NCBI GenBank assembly: GCA_044345055.1
Contig: JBIJBT010000041.1
Coordinates: forward strand, 1 to 24,413
Source: Bdellovibrionota bacterium
GTDB lineage: Bacteria; Bdellovibrionota_C; UBA2361; OMIW01
Direction of reading: 5' to 3'
Length of the DNA stretch: 24,413 nucleotides
Shown piece after piece: positions 7,534 through 16,658 of the stretch. Both the position numbers and the translations under genes were made by a program. How positions within the stretch are numbered: the first letter of the stretch is position 1; the number at the start of each line of letters is the position of its first letter. Under the pieces are notes generated by a model, which ran no database searches, had not been told where the DNA came from, and saw nothing but the letters and a program-made list of their open reading frames with translations.

Positions 7534-9027
7534 CTACGAACAGGAGCACCCCACCGCTTCGTCGGTGCTTAGCGTTTCTTTTACCTGAGGGGTTTCACAT
7601 TCACTCGTCAAATATTCGACTACGTCGATTGCCGAATATGAGGCGCCAAATTCAGCAAGAAACGGTCCCATCGTCGCTAATTGATCTCCACTCGTCATAA
7701 GAGGGAGCTCCTCATAACCCGATCGGCGTCGCTGACCAAGTCCTATCACTGAAAAGAGCGCATTACAGAGACATTTGCGGCCAGCCGTTTCGGCGACAGC
7801 CCCTGCTTTTTTGGTGTATTCATCGACCGGCTCAGCGGAGCAGCGCATTATGATTTTGCCCGATTCTAGACGCGCAGGAACCCGCAAATATCCAAGGTCA
7901 CACACCCGCTCTCTTGCTTCGTATACGCCTGCTTGCGATAGGGTTCCTTCAAGCTCAGCGACCTTGAAGGGGAATCCGGTCGGGGAAGCGAGGCCATCGG
8001 TTTTGACCTTTACCGTCCCATCGAGGACCGATTGGAGCGTTTTTGCTCGTAGCTCGGGAGCAACCCCCGACTCCTGCGAAAACGCAAAGAGGGTTCCCAC
8101 CTGAATTCCATGAGCGCCGAGACTTCGCGCTGCGGGAAGGTCTGCCGGGGTTCCCTGACCTCCTGCAATCCAAAAGGGAAGTCCAAGAGCCGCAATCTTC
8201 GCGAAGTCAGCGTGATCTCGCGGGCCGTACTCAGGTTCTCCCTGCTCGTTGATTTTTCCATCTCGGGGTGGAGCGTTGTGACCACCTGCGACGGGACCCT
8301 CAACAACAAAACCGCTGATCCCACCAGGCGACCGTTTCAGCAACATCTGGCCAAGGGTATGAGTTGAGATAATCGGAAGAAAGTGAGGTCGCTTAACCTG
8401 TCCCGCGATTGCAGGAAATGAATCTGCAGGAAATGCGATTGAGGGATCGAACGATGAGGTAATCGGGTCATCGGTGCGAGGGCCATCTTCGTCGATAACA
8501 AGCGAAGCAGCTCGGTGTTCAACGAAAGCGGTGATAGCTCCCGGAATTTCGCGCGGGATACCTGCACCCATCAAGACATAATCAACTCCGGCGAGCATTG
8601 CGCCGTAGAGGGTGGGCAGATTTGGCAGCTGAATTTTTGTCAGAAGATTAATTCCCACAACCCCATCGTGACCTTCTTTTGCGAGATATACCTCAACAAA
8701 AGCTGCAAGTGTCGCGATAAGTTGACGTTTCATGTCATCTTTTGGACCGAACATCGGCAACATTTTGTACGGTCGTCCGGGGGCGATTCCATCCGGGATG
8801 TAATATTTGCTGATAACCTCTTCGGCGATCTCGGGACGAGGAAAGTGCGACATCGCTCGACGAACATCACCGTCGCGATCGCCCTCCTGTAATCGGCGGA
8901 CGATCACAGAATCGATGCAGGTTCCTGAGATAACCCCCAAATGACCAGACTTAGAAACGGTCTTCGCCAGCTTCCAGTTAGAAACTGCTACTCCCATCCC
9001 TCCCTGAATAAGAACTGGATGCTGCAT
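7534..9027 (-). CDS. Nitronate monooxygenase / FabK-FabX-like FMN TIM-barrel flavoprotein with a Cys-rich C-terminal region
   Basis: LIQGGMGVAVS, GINLL, MGAGIP, VVEGPVAGGHN, WIAGG, GIQVGTLF and SPTGFPF. C-terminal RVCDLGYL...RCSAEP...KCLCNAL. Confidence 0.88.
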   Translation of the reverse strand: MQHPVLIQGGMGVAVSNWKLAKTVSKSGHLGVISGTCIDSVIVRRLQEGDRDGDVRRAMSHFPRPEIAEEVISKYYIPDGIAPGRPYKMLPMFGPKDDMKRQLIATLAAFVEVYLAKEGHDGVVGINLLTKIQLPNLPTLYGAMLAGVDYVLMGAGIPREIPGAITAFVEHRAASLVIDEDGPRTDDPITSSFDPSIAFPADSFPAIAGQVKRPHFLPIISTHTLGQMLLKRSPGGISGFVVEGPVAGGHNAPPRDGKINEQGEPEYGPRDHADFAKIAALGLPFWIAGGQGTPADLPAARSLGAHGIQVGTLFAFSQESGVAPELRAKTLQSVLDGTVKVKTDGLASPTGFPFKVAELEGTLSQAGVYEARERVCDLGYLRVPARLESGKIIMRCSAEPVDEYTKKAGAVAETAGRKCLCNALFSVIGLGQRRRSGYEELPLMTSGDQLATMGPFLAEFGASYSAIDVVEYLTSECETPQVKETLSTDEAVGCSCS

Positions 9028-9204
9028 TAGTATTGCCTTCGATCTGACCTGGCGCCTCTAAATACTGTACGCCACGACTGGTTTTTGTTGGCGCTCTCCT
9101 CTGAGAATAAAATGATCAACGCCGCTTGACCTCTTCGATTCTCGGACCTTCGCTCGCTAGCCTTGATACCACAGATTACCAAATAAGGATATGACAGAAC
9201 TCGA

Positions 9205-10134
9205 CTATTCGCCAACGGAGCAGTTGCGCTTCTCAAAAGCCCCCGAGGCTAGCCCGATAAGACCCCCAATAAGAGCGCTTATCGTTATTGCCAGGAGCCA
9301 CAATGCACCAAATGCAACCGATTGTTCCGCAGAGCAGATAGCAGGAACAAAGAAAAAACGGTACGCATTCTCTCGCACCCCAAGCCCCTGCCAAGAGATC
9401 GGCAGGCTGCTTAAGATGTTTACGAACGGCACAATAGTCAATAGTGTGGTGAGCGACACCTCAATACCCAGCCCTTTCGCGATACAGAGATGTAGAGATA
9501 TCTGGAGAAGGTGAAAGATGATTGAAATACCGGTAATGATCGCGATTGCTCGAGGTTCTGTGGGAAATGCCCGCGCAACTTCAACCGCTTTTGGTCTAAA
9601 TGGACTTCCATTTGGGACAAAATGAATAATTGCCTTCGGCGCGATGAGCCAGCTCGCCATGATGGCGATACTAATCGCAAAGAGTGCTGAACCAAAGTGG
9701 GGTGGGAGCAGGTCGCTTGAGAATAATCCAACACACGCGGTCCCAATCGCGGCTAGTACCGCAAGTCCATGAGCACGATCAGCGACTACGGTGGCAAATC
9801 CTACTGCCGGTTTTGCTTGCGCACTACCGATAAGAGCACCGCGCAGAACATCTCCCCCGAGGGTTCCAATACCTGCGAGATTCACAAACATCGCAGTAAA
9901 ATAGATCCGAAATGTTTCCGGGAACGAGACCTCAAGGGCACAGCTTCTCGCCAACAGCCACCATTTGAGGGAGCTTAGGATTTGTCCCAAAAAATAACCG
10001 GCGCACAGTATCAGCACCGTCCACCCGGGAATAGAGCTCATGACACGAAGAAGCTGCGCACCATCGAGCGACCTCGCCACGAGGACGAGAAGAAGGAGGC
10101 TAATAATAATCTTGGCGTGCCGTTTCGAAAGCAT
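9205..10134 (-). CDS. Lysylphosphatidylglycerol synthase TM-domain / YbhN-like flippase-family membrane protein
   Basis: Multi-pass hydrophobic protein with SSLKWWLL, FVNL...LGGDVLR, VVADRAHGL and LPISWQGLGVRE, all typical of the LPG_synthase_TM family. Confidence 0.88.
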   Translation of the reverse strand: MLSKRHAKIIISLLLLVLVARSLDGAQLLRVMSSIPGWTVLILCAGYFLGQILSSLKWWLLARSCALEVSFPETFRIYFTAMFVNLAGIGTLGGDVLRGALIGSAQAKPAVGFATVVADRAHGLAVLAAIGTACVGLFSSDLLPPHFGSALFAISIAIMASWLIAPKAIIHFVPNGSPFRPKAVEVARAFPTEPRAIAIITGISIIFHLLQISLHLCIAKGLGIEVSLTTLLTIVPFVNILSSLPISWQGLGVRENAYRFFFVPAICSAEQSVAFGALWLLAITISALIGGLIGLASGAFEKRNCSVGE

Positions 10135-10140
10135 GGCGCA

Positions 10141-10169
10141 AGAGTAGTGTATTGGGGGTGGCGGGGCAA
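10141..10169 (-). promoter_or_regulatory. Candidate sigma70 promoter producing a leaderless mRNA for the flippase-like gene
   Basis: Minus strand reads TTGCCC (10169-10164), 17 nt, TACTCT (10146-10141), 6 nt, ATG (10134). No SD is present. Confidence 0.55.
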
Positions 10170-10179
10170 GCGGTCCGGG

Positions 10180-10809
10180 TTAGCGATAGTTTTTGAGTAG
10201 AGTTTGGAGTGGAGTGAGAGGTGGTTGTCCTTTGTGACCCGCTTTTTCGAGTGCTTTGTTGACCGGGCTATTTTGGCCGTATTCCTTCACATACTGTTTA
10301 AGGGCTGCTTCTAAGGGCTCTTGCAGAAATTTTGTGATCTTTTCTTTTGATGCTCCGGGAGCAAAAAGGTCATTATCAGCCGCATGTTGACAGATGCGAA
10401 GCGCAGTCGTCACTAGAGCAGGATCAGCAATAGCTTTTAAATCGGCACTTTGTTGTAGAGTGAGGAGCAGAAGGTCTTTGACTGGTTGAGAGGAGGGGTC
10501 CTTTAGAGCAAGCTCTCCGATAAGTGTCAGTTTACGGACGTTGTCTACCCAACCCTGCATCATAGAGGGATTTTTCTCAAGCGCTGCAAAGAGTTTTATG
10601 GCATCGACGAAGGTCTTTGCCGGAAGTTTCTCTGAGGCTCGCTCGTTTATCGTTTTTTGAGTGATGCCTCGAAGCAGCTTACTAAAATCGGAAGCGATTG
10701 ATGGTTGGTGGGCAGTACCTACAAGCGTTACTTCTAAGGCGTGAGAATTTGTAAAAGGTCCAGATGCTTTTTGACGTTCAAATGTCGCCGAAGAAGGATT
10801 CAAAGTCAT
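10180..10809 (-). CDS. Hypothetical helical protein (orphan)
   Basis: Long ORF co-oriented with its neighbours. ATG 10809 is preceded by SD AAGGA and is preferred over the track's TTG 10830. Rich in Leu, Ala and Lys; no family recognised. Confidence 0.7.
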   Translation of the reverse strand: MTLNPSSATFERQKASGPFTNSHALEVTLVGTAHQPSIASDFSKLLRGITQKTINERASEKLPAKTFVDAIKLFAALEKNPSMMQGWVDNVRKLTLIGELALKDPSSQPVKDLLLLTLQQSADLKAIADPALVTTALRICQHAADNDLFAPGASKEKITKFLQEPLEAALKQYVKEYGQNSPVNKALEKAGHKGQPPLTPLQTLLKNYR

Positions 10810-10894
10810 CCGAGTTTCCTTATAAAACAAATAGCCTCGACAGAATTACACTATTCAAAAAACCTTCGCAAATCATATCAAACGGCTCCTCAAC

Positions 10895-11641
10895 CTAACC
10901 CATCCCCAGCAACCCAAAAACAGTAGGCGCCTTTTGATGTAGATTGATTTCGCTGACCAACGCCGATCCGACCGGCATACTCGCAAAAAGCTCATTTTCG
11001 CCACCAATGTCGTGCGCGACCGACACTAGAGTTGTTGGCCGGAGAGTCTCAAGCATCGCCGCAAATAGTCTTGTTGTCCGATAAGGAGTTTCGATAAAAA
11101 GCTGAGAATAACCCGAGCTACGAGAAATTTCCTCTAATCGGCGCAGCCATCCCCGACAATCTGTCTGCTCAATCGGCGAATATCCGTGAAAGGTGAACTG
11201 TTGGCCATTGAGCCCGGAAGCCATGAGAGCTAGCAAAATTGAGCTTGGGCCCACCATCGGCCTCACGACAAGCCCCACCGCGTGGGCAGCTCGGACAAGG
11301 AGCGCACCCGGGTCAGCAACACACGGCACTCCAGCCTCTGAGAGCACTCCAGCGCTATCTAAAGGTGGAATGGCCTCAAGGAGTCGCCGCGCATCTTCAA
11401 GCGAGCTGTCCTTGTCAAATCGGTGAAGAGTGAGAGTTGAAACGGGACGTCCGAGATCGAGTGAGGCAAGAAATCGGCGAGCAGAGCGCTCGTTTTCGAC
11501 AAAAAAGGTCGAGATTTGTGCTATAATCTCGCGTTGTTCAACGGTAAGCCACGGCGCTCCCCCCGACGACAGGGGGGTTGGAATCAGATAGAGAGCTGGT
11601 CGATCGACCGGTGAAATTCGGTCATCGCTCACTTCATCCAT
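10895..11641 (-). CDS. RsmI-like SAM-dependent methyltransferase (tetrapyrrole methylase family)
   Basis: LYLIPTPL, VENERSARRFL, SEAGVPCVADPG, VGPSSILLALMASGLNGQQFTFHGY and FIETPYR. The probable start ATG 11641 overlaps the valS stop (ATGGATGA), which suggests translational coupling. Confidence 0.88.
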   Translation of the reverse strand: MDEVSDDRISPVDRPALYLIPTPLSSGGAPWLTVEQREIIAQISTFFVENERSARRFLASLDLGRPVSTLTLHRFDKDSSLEDARRLLEAIPPLDSAGVLSEAGVPCVADPGALLVRAAHAVGLVVRPMVGPSSILLALMASGLNGQQFTFHGYSPIEQTDCRGWLRRLEEISRSSGYSQLFIETPYRTTRLFAAMLETLRPTTLVSVAHDIGGENELFASMPVGSALVSEINLHQKAPTVFGLLGMG

Positions 11642-14291
11642 TCTCAAGCTCCCAGCGGAGCGACGCAATCATCCGCTCGGTATCGGCGAGCCGTTGGCGC
11701 TCCTGTTCGACGAGAGCAGGAGCGGCGTGTTCGGCGAACCCACCTCCGAGCTTCCGCTGAAGCTGCGTTACAAGAGTCTCAGCCGCGGCAAGGTCCTTCT
11801 CAAGGTGCGCTCTGTATGCTGCCTTATTTTCAACATCGCATACAATTTCGCCCTTAGAATACGGTTTACGGAGTGCACGGGTCGGATCGATCGCTGAGCG
11901 CTCGACAAAGCTTACCCTCGCAAGCCCACCGATAAGAAGCCGTTGCTCTGAGGTTAATTCACGCTCAAGAGCGATCGGTATCTGTTGATGCGGGATGCGG
12001 AGCGCCGCTTTTGTTGCCCGAATCGCCTCGACGATCTCAATTACCTCAGCGATCTCGGTGGAACCGGAGCTGCTTGGCCTGCTCGGTAGCTGATCCCAAG
12101 AGCTGCGCACCAACAGATCCTCTCTGTTCGTCGCAAATAGCTTTTGATAAATCTCCTCAGTAACAAAGGGCGCCACTGGATGAAAGAGGGTCAGCACTGA
12201 ACGGAGAGTTTCACGCGCAACAAATGCAACCTCATCGCGGTGCTCAGCTCCGCCCTGTTCGATTAACAGTTTCATCCCCTCAAGATACCAATCGCAGAAG
12301 GTAAACCAGGTAAAGGAGTAGAGTTCATCGCACGCAAGTGGGATCTCGTATTCATTAAATCTTCGGGTCGCTGCTTCGTGGGTCTGATAAAGCCGCTCAA
12401 CGATCCACCGAGAGAGCGCAAGATTATACGGGCACACATAATCGGCGGGAGGAGTTGGTACACCACTTAGTTTGAGATCGATCAGTTTGGCTGCATTCCA
12501 CAGTTTATTCGTGAACTTTGCGTATCCCTCGACCTTGCGGAGCGAGAAGGGAATATCCTGTCCCTGCGAGGTGCCGATAAGAAGCGAGAGACGAAGCGCA
12601 TCAGCTCCATGCTGTTTCATCGTGTCGATTGGGTTGATGCCGTTCCCCTTTGATTTTGACATCTTTTGACCCTTCTCATCGAGAATCAGGCCATGAAGAT
12701 AGATAGTTCTCCACGGAATATCGTTCAGCCGATACGCGGTAAGAAGAAGCATTCTGCACGCCCAAAAGAAGAGGATATCGCGCCCCATCACCATCGTGTG
12801 AGAGGGAAATACCGTCGAGCTCTTTGGATCGTCGAGATCAAGCATTTCATGTGCAGCGAGGGTCGAAAACGCCCACTGACCGGAGGAGAACCAGGTATCG
12901 AAGGTGTCGGTTTCCTGCTCCCAACCGGTTGATTCGGGCGGCTCTTTGCCCACGTGCATATCCGAACGATTCGACCCGGTTCGGTACCACACAGGGAGGC
13001 GGTGCCCCCACCAGAGCTGACGAGAAATATTCCAGTCCCGAAGCTTTTCGAGCCACTGCTCAAAGAGATTGGTCATTCGCGAGGGGTAGACGGTGACCTT
13101 GCCCTCTTTGATAAATGAGAGCGCACGCTCTTTGAGGCTATGCCCCGGCTTATCAACCGCGAGGAACCACTGCTCTGAGAGAAGTGGCTCAATCACATCT
13201 TTGCTCCGCTCCCCAATTGGAACCTTGTGGGTTATTGGTTGTGTTTTTATGAGAAGCCCGAGCGATTGCAATGCATCGAGAACCCGCTGCCGACACTCCG
13301 ACGAGGGAAGCCCTGCGTAGTCACTCCCTGCTTCAGCAGTCATCCGGCCATCTTTCCCGATCACCTGAATAGGTGTCAGAGCGTGATCAGCTCCGATCTC
13401 GTAATCAAGAAAATCGTGCGCTGGGGTTATTTTGACGACGCCGGTTCCGTACTCTTTGTCGATCCGCGTATCGCCGATAATCGGGATGACCCGACCGGTC
13501 AGAGGAAGGGTAATCATCTTCCCGATCATGGCGCTATATCGCTCATCGGTTGGATTCACCGCAAGAGCAACGTCGCCGAGCATCGTTTCAGGCCGGGTCG
13601 TTGCAACCGCAATTCCGTGTACGCCCGCGACAAGCTCCTCGACACCAGTTAGATCAATATCTGGAAAGGGGTAAAAGATAGTCCACAAAGATCCCTTTCG
13701 CTCGACATACTCAACCTCAACATCGGAGATACCGGTTTGTGCGAGAACCGACCAGTTGATGATGCGAGTGCCCCGATAAATCAGCCCATCGTTAAAGAGA
13801 CGAATGAAAGTGTCGTAGATAATGTTGGTGAGTCGCGGATCTAGAGTAAAGAGCTCTTTTGACCAATCAGCGGACAATCCGAGCGCTTTTTCCTGCTCGC
13901 GCATGTAATGTGATCGTTCGGTGCAAAAGGTGTAACAATCAGAAAAAAGGGTGTCGCGGTCGCGCGATGTAGGGTCGGTTCCCTTGGCCCGAAGCTGGGC
14001 CTCGTATACCCACTGCGTCTGAATACCTGCGTGATCTTTCCCCGGAACCAGCAGGACTGGGTGGCCCCGCAACCGATAAAAACGGGCGAGAGCATCCATG
14101 ACGGTATACCCAAACGAGTGCCCAAGGTGGAGCTCGCCATTTGCATTTGGCGGAGGGAGACAATCCGAGAAAAGGGGAAGAGATGGATCGCGCGCGCCAT
14201 CTGGCGAAAACACTCCCGCAGCCTCCCACCGTTTGTAGATAGCGGCTTCTCGTTCCTGATGGTCAAAAAATTTCTCAAAGGTTGATTCCAT
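11634..14291 (-). CDS. valS: Valine--tRNA ligase
   Basis: PPPNANGELHLGH (HIGH), DHAGIQTQ, VATTRPETMLGD, GTGVVKITPAHD, DWNISRQLWWGH, DTWFSS, KMSKSKGN, and a C-terminal coiled coil. Confidence 0.98.
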   Translation of the reverse strand: MESTFEKFFDHQEREAAIYKRWEAAGVFSPDGARDPSLPLFSDCLPPPNANGELHLGHSFGYTVMDALARFYRLRGHPVLLVPGKDHAGIQTQWVYEAQLRAKGTDPTSRDRDTLFSDCYTFCTERSHYMREQEKALGLSADWSKELFTLDPRLTNIIYDTFIRLFNDGLIYRGTRIINWSVLAQTGISDVEVEYVERKGSLWTIFYPFPDIDLTGVEELVAGVHGIAVATTRPETMLGDVALAVNPTDERYSAMIGKMITLPLTGRVIPIIGDTRIDKEYGTGVVKITPAHDFLDYEIGADHALTPIQVIGKDGRMTAEAGSDYAGLPSSECRQRVLDALQSLGLLIKTQPITHKVPIGERSKDVIEPLLSEQWFLAVDKPGHSLKERALSFIKEGKVTVYPSRMTNLFEQWLEKLRDWNISRQLWWGHRLPVWYRTGSNRSDMHVGKEPPESTGWEQETDTFDTWFSSGQWAFSTLAAHEMLDLDDPKSSTVFPSHTMVMGRDILFFWACRMLLLTAYRLNDIPWRTIYLHGLILDEKGQKMSKSKGNGINPIDTMKQHGADALRLSLLIGTSQGQDIPFSLRKVEGYAKFTNKLWNAAKLIDLKLSGVPTPPADYVCPYNLALSRWIVERLYQTHEAATRRFNEYEIPLACDELYSFTWFTFCDWYLEGMKLLIEQGGAEHRDEVAFVARETLRSVLTLFHPVAPFVTEEIYQKLFATNREDLLVRSSWDQLPSRPSSSGSTEIAEVIEIVEAIRATKAALRIPHQQIPIALERELTSEQRLLIGGLARVSFVERSAIDPTRALRKPYSKGEIVCDVENKAAYRAHLEKDLAAAETLVTQLQRKLGGGFAEHAAPALVEQERQRLADTERMIASLRWELENG

Positions 14292-14425
14292 TGGGTGCCT
14301 TATGAGTGGGTGAATGCGAAGGTTTTTGGTCGAAGAGTTGGCCCTTTACCTGCTCGTGATGAGCGGAGGAAAGGATACAGATTTTTTTTGGAGACTGCGA
14401 TAGCGGGTGGAGATAAATGGTTCGT

Positions 14426-15037
14426 TCACCGAACTTCAGCGCTTTTTAGGCTTTGCTGAAAGGTGTCCCAGATAGAAATTTCAGTGATGCTCGAGGAAAA
14501 AAACGCTCCATCAACATCAAGATAGAGGGTCTGATCATCTGGCATCGTAAAGCTCCACTGCTGGCTCGTTGTTTCGTGATCGATGAGCTGTTCGAGCAGC
14601 GCTGCATCAAGTTTGATAAAGTGAATCTCGTTGACCCAATTTTCAGTGCTTCCCCTAAGAGCTGCAAGAAGAGGCGCTAGCTGTTTGTCCTCATAAAAAA
14701 AGTGATAGATCGCGGGGGGAGGATATGTATGGCCTGTATGTCGGAGCCGCGAAGCTGCGCGAAGAGCTCGAGGGGAAGCACTACCTACATCAGCCCATAA
14801 TTCATAATACCCCTCCGGAGCAACGGTGCTGATGCGAGGAGTGCCCTCCTCAACCGGTTCGGAGGCGATAATAAGGTCACGGCGGTGCAGATACCATGCA
14901 GCGATAACCTTTGCATAAAAGTGCCGAGGGTCCTCAAGCTCATGGCGAGGCAGCTTCCGCCGAACGCGCTCGTGGATCGCCTGCTCGGTGAGCGAAAGTT
15001 CGCAGGTAAAAGAGATAAACCGATCGATGAAGCTCAC
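14426..15037 (-). CDS. yaeQ: YaeQ-family protein (divergent)
   Basis: RHELEDPRHFYAKVIA resembles YaeQ RHPSETxERMMLRLLA. PRI...EGYYELWADVGSASPRALRAAS resembles PxxW...LWIELGLPDERRIKKAC. The C-terminal LDAALLEQL...WSFTM...LYLD resembles LDDEQLAKV...LQATI...IWL. GTG start. Confidence 0.75.
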   Translation of the reverse strand: MSFIDRFISFTCELSLTEQAIHERVRRKLPRHELEDPRHFYAKVIAAWYLHRRDLIIASEPVEEGTPRISTVAPEGYYELWADVGSASPRALRAASRLRHTGHTYPPPAIYHFFYEDKQLAPLLAALRGSTENWVNEIHFIKLDAALLEQLIDHETTSQQWSFTMPDDQTLYLDVDGAFFSSSITEISIWDTFQQSLKSAEVR

Positions 15038-15297
15038 GGTGGTAATCCAAAAAGCGCCCGAGATGTGCTGGATGGCCGAACATTGAAGCGGGGGCGATGT
15101 TGGGATGCGCTTCTGAGTCGAGGGAGAGATTATCTTGGGGGAAGGGTATCACACCGAGGATGTGGTGCGAAGTGAGGAGATGATGAGAGGTTTTTTCTCG
15201 GGATGGGGGGGTAGAAGTGAGGAGGTAAGCGGACCGCCCAAAAGGTAAAGCCCGCTTGCCCCTGTTGTTAGCGCTAACTTAAAGCTCCGACGTCAGG

Positions 15298-15711
15298 TTA
15301 TGCTGCGCGCAACCTGACCCCATCAGCTGATTCATCAACAACGTACCGCCCTGCGCGGGTCCACAATCCCTCAAGGTCGTACCTGTCTCGGTCTGGACCA
15401 TAAAATACATGAACAATCGCATCACCAAAATCGAGTATAACCCAGTGGCCCTGCTCCATACCCTCAACTGAGTATGGTTTTAAGCCGCTCTGGCTCAGAT
15501 CTTCGACGATTCGATTGCTGATACCCTGGACCTGTCGATCGCTTCTGCCGCTGACTATAATAAAATAGTCAGCCACAGATCCGCTCGGATCCAGCTCAAG
15601 TACAACTACATCAGAACCCTTCGATTCACTGCAGCTTGTAACGATCTTTCCGACAAGCTCCAGAGAACCGCGCATCGCTTTTTTTGGGGTTGCTGTGTGG
15701 GTTTCAATCAT
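15298..15711 (-). CDS. rsfS: Ribosome silencing factor (RsfS/Iojap)
   Basis: SKGSDVVVL, ADYFIIVSGRSDRQVQGI and WVILDFGDAIVHVF...RYDLEGLW. SD GGGAG lies upstream. Confidence 0.96.
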   Translation of the reverse strand: MIETHTATPKKAMRGSLELVGKIVTSCSESKGSDVVVLELDPSGSVADYFIIVSGRSDRQVQGISNRIVEDLSQSGLKPYSVEGMEQGHWVILDFGDAIVHVFYGPDRDRYDLEGLWTRAGRYVVDESADGVRLRAA

Positions 15712-16069
15712 CTGGTTTGGTTCTCCCTGGTAAAAGAGCTAGTGCTCATTGGTTGGCATCTCTAAAACCTTGGTACTGACGGGCGATTTTCCCGCATCTA
15801 TGGTGGTGCTCGATCGCTCGTTTTTAAGCTCTTAACACAACCAGGATGGGGGAACGGTGTAGAAGTATGTTGTCTGGGCGCGGCGTCAGAGGTTCTTATC
15901 CGGTACGCAACCGAAGGTCTCAAAGTAGCAAATCGGCAGACAAGAATTGCTAGTATATGCCCTCCTGTACGAAGCACAATAATGGCGCAGGAAGTGTTGG
16001 AAAAAAGGAATGAAATGGTGCTCTGGTCGTAAAGCCCAAGAAACACGAACTATTTGACCTAAGCCGGAG

Positions 16070-16657
16070 ATGCAACGACAGAAGGAGGAGCCCCGTGTGA
16101 ATTTTGTCGGGGAAGAATCGGGGAGGGGGGAGAATCTCAAAGAGTCCAATCCTCATATCCCCAGTTTACCTGCGCCCGTTTGCCTGCGCAACGACTATTT
16201 TCTGGTGCTGTCTTGGGAGATCGTCGGGGTTTTTTACATCGTTCTCGGAGTTGGTGACGATTATATCTACCGCGGCACAACTACTTTTCATGGCGTTCAC
16301 TCTAATTCGAGACTTGAGCTCGCGGAGACCTTTAAGGATTACCTCCGAGCGCAGTGGGTGTTTGAGATATCCCCCGAGTATTACCACCTCTGCGTACCCC
16401 GATTTAAGGGTAGACCAAAAGACACCCTCGATCAGTGGCTTTATTTCCCTAAGACTGAGGAGATAGAGCAGGATTTATCAGCGCGGGGGATTCAGCGAGA
16501 AAAAAAATCTGCACGTTGCAAACTTAAGCACTCCCCAGAGACGCGCATATACGAGGAATTTGAAGATCAGGAAGCCCATAGACCCCCAAATATCCAATCT
16601 GAGCAACCTTTCTCAATAGACCCCCAATTTGACCCCTCATCGCGGGTGCCTCTATAA
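16070..16657 (+). CDS. Hypothetical protein (orphan)
   Basis: 195-codon ORF filling an otherwise empty gap, with an aromatic-rich, protein-like core. The start is uncertain, and the stop TAA falls inside the miaB -10 box. Confidence 0.45.
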   Translation: MQRQKEEPRVNFVGEESGRGENLKESNPHIPSLPAPVCLRNDYFLVLSWEIVGVFYIVLGVGDDYIYRGTTTFHGVHSNSRLELAETFKDYLRAQWVFEISPEYYHLCVPRFKGRPKDTLDQWLYFPKTEEIEQDLSARGIQREKKSARCKLKHSPETRIYEEFEDQEAHRPPNIQSEQPFSIDPQFDPSSRVPL

Positions 16658-16658
16658 T
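16629..16658 (+). promoter_or_regulatory. Sigma70 promoter of miaB (and probably downstream genes)
   Basis: TTGACC (16629-16634), 18-nt spacer, perfect TATAAT (16653-16658), ending 72 nt before ATG 16731. Confidence 0.7.

Noticed and set aside
9100..9120. FNR-like half site (minus strand TTGATCATTTTATT) upstream of the NMO-like gene
   Set aside because: The second half does not match ATCAA, so there is no palindrome.
9027..9236. 69-aa minus-strand ORF bridging the flippase-like and NMO-like genes
   Set aside because: It overlaps the upstream gene, has no SD or family signal, and its composition looks like translated intergenic DNA. The TAATG junction alone is insufficient evidence.
10858..14327. 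Shared 13-mer TGCGAAGGTTTTT at 14315-14327 (+) and 10870-10858 (-)
   Set aside because: Several 13-mer matches are expected by chance in 24 kb, and the copies do not bound a mobile-element-like unit.
14292..14425. Possible T-box or attenuator upstream of valS (hairpin at about 14343-14374)
   Set aside because: There is no T-box consensus (GGTGGnACCGCG), the region is too short for stem I, and the hairpin has no U-tract on the minus strand.
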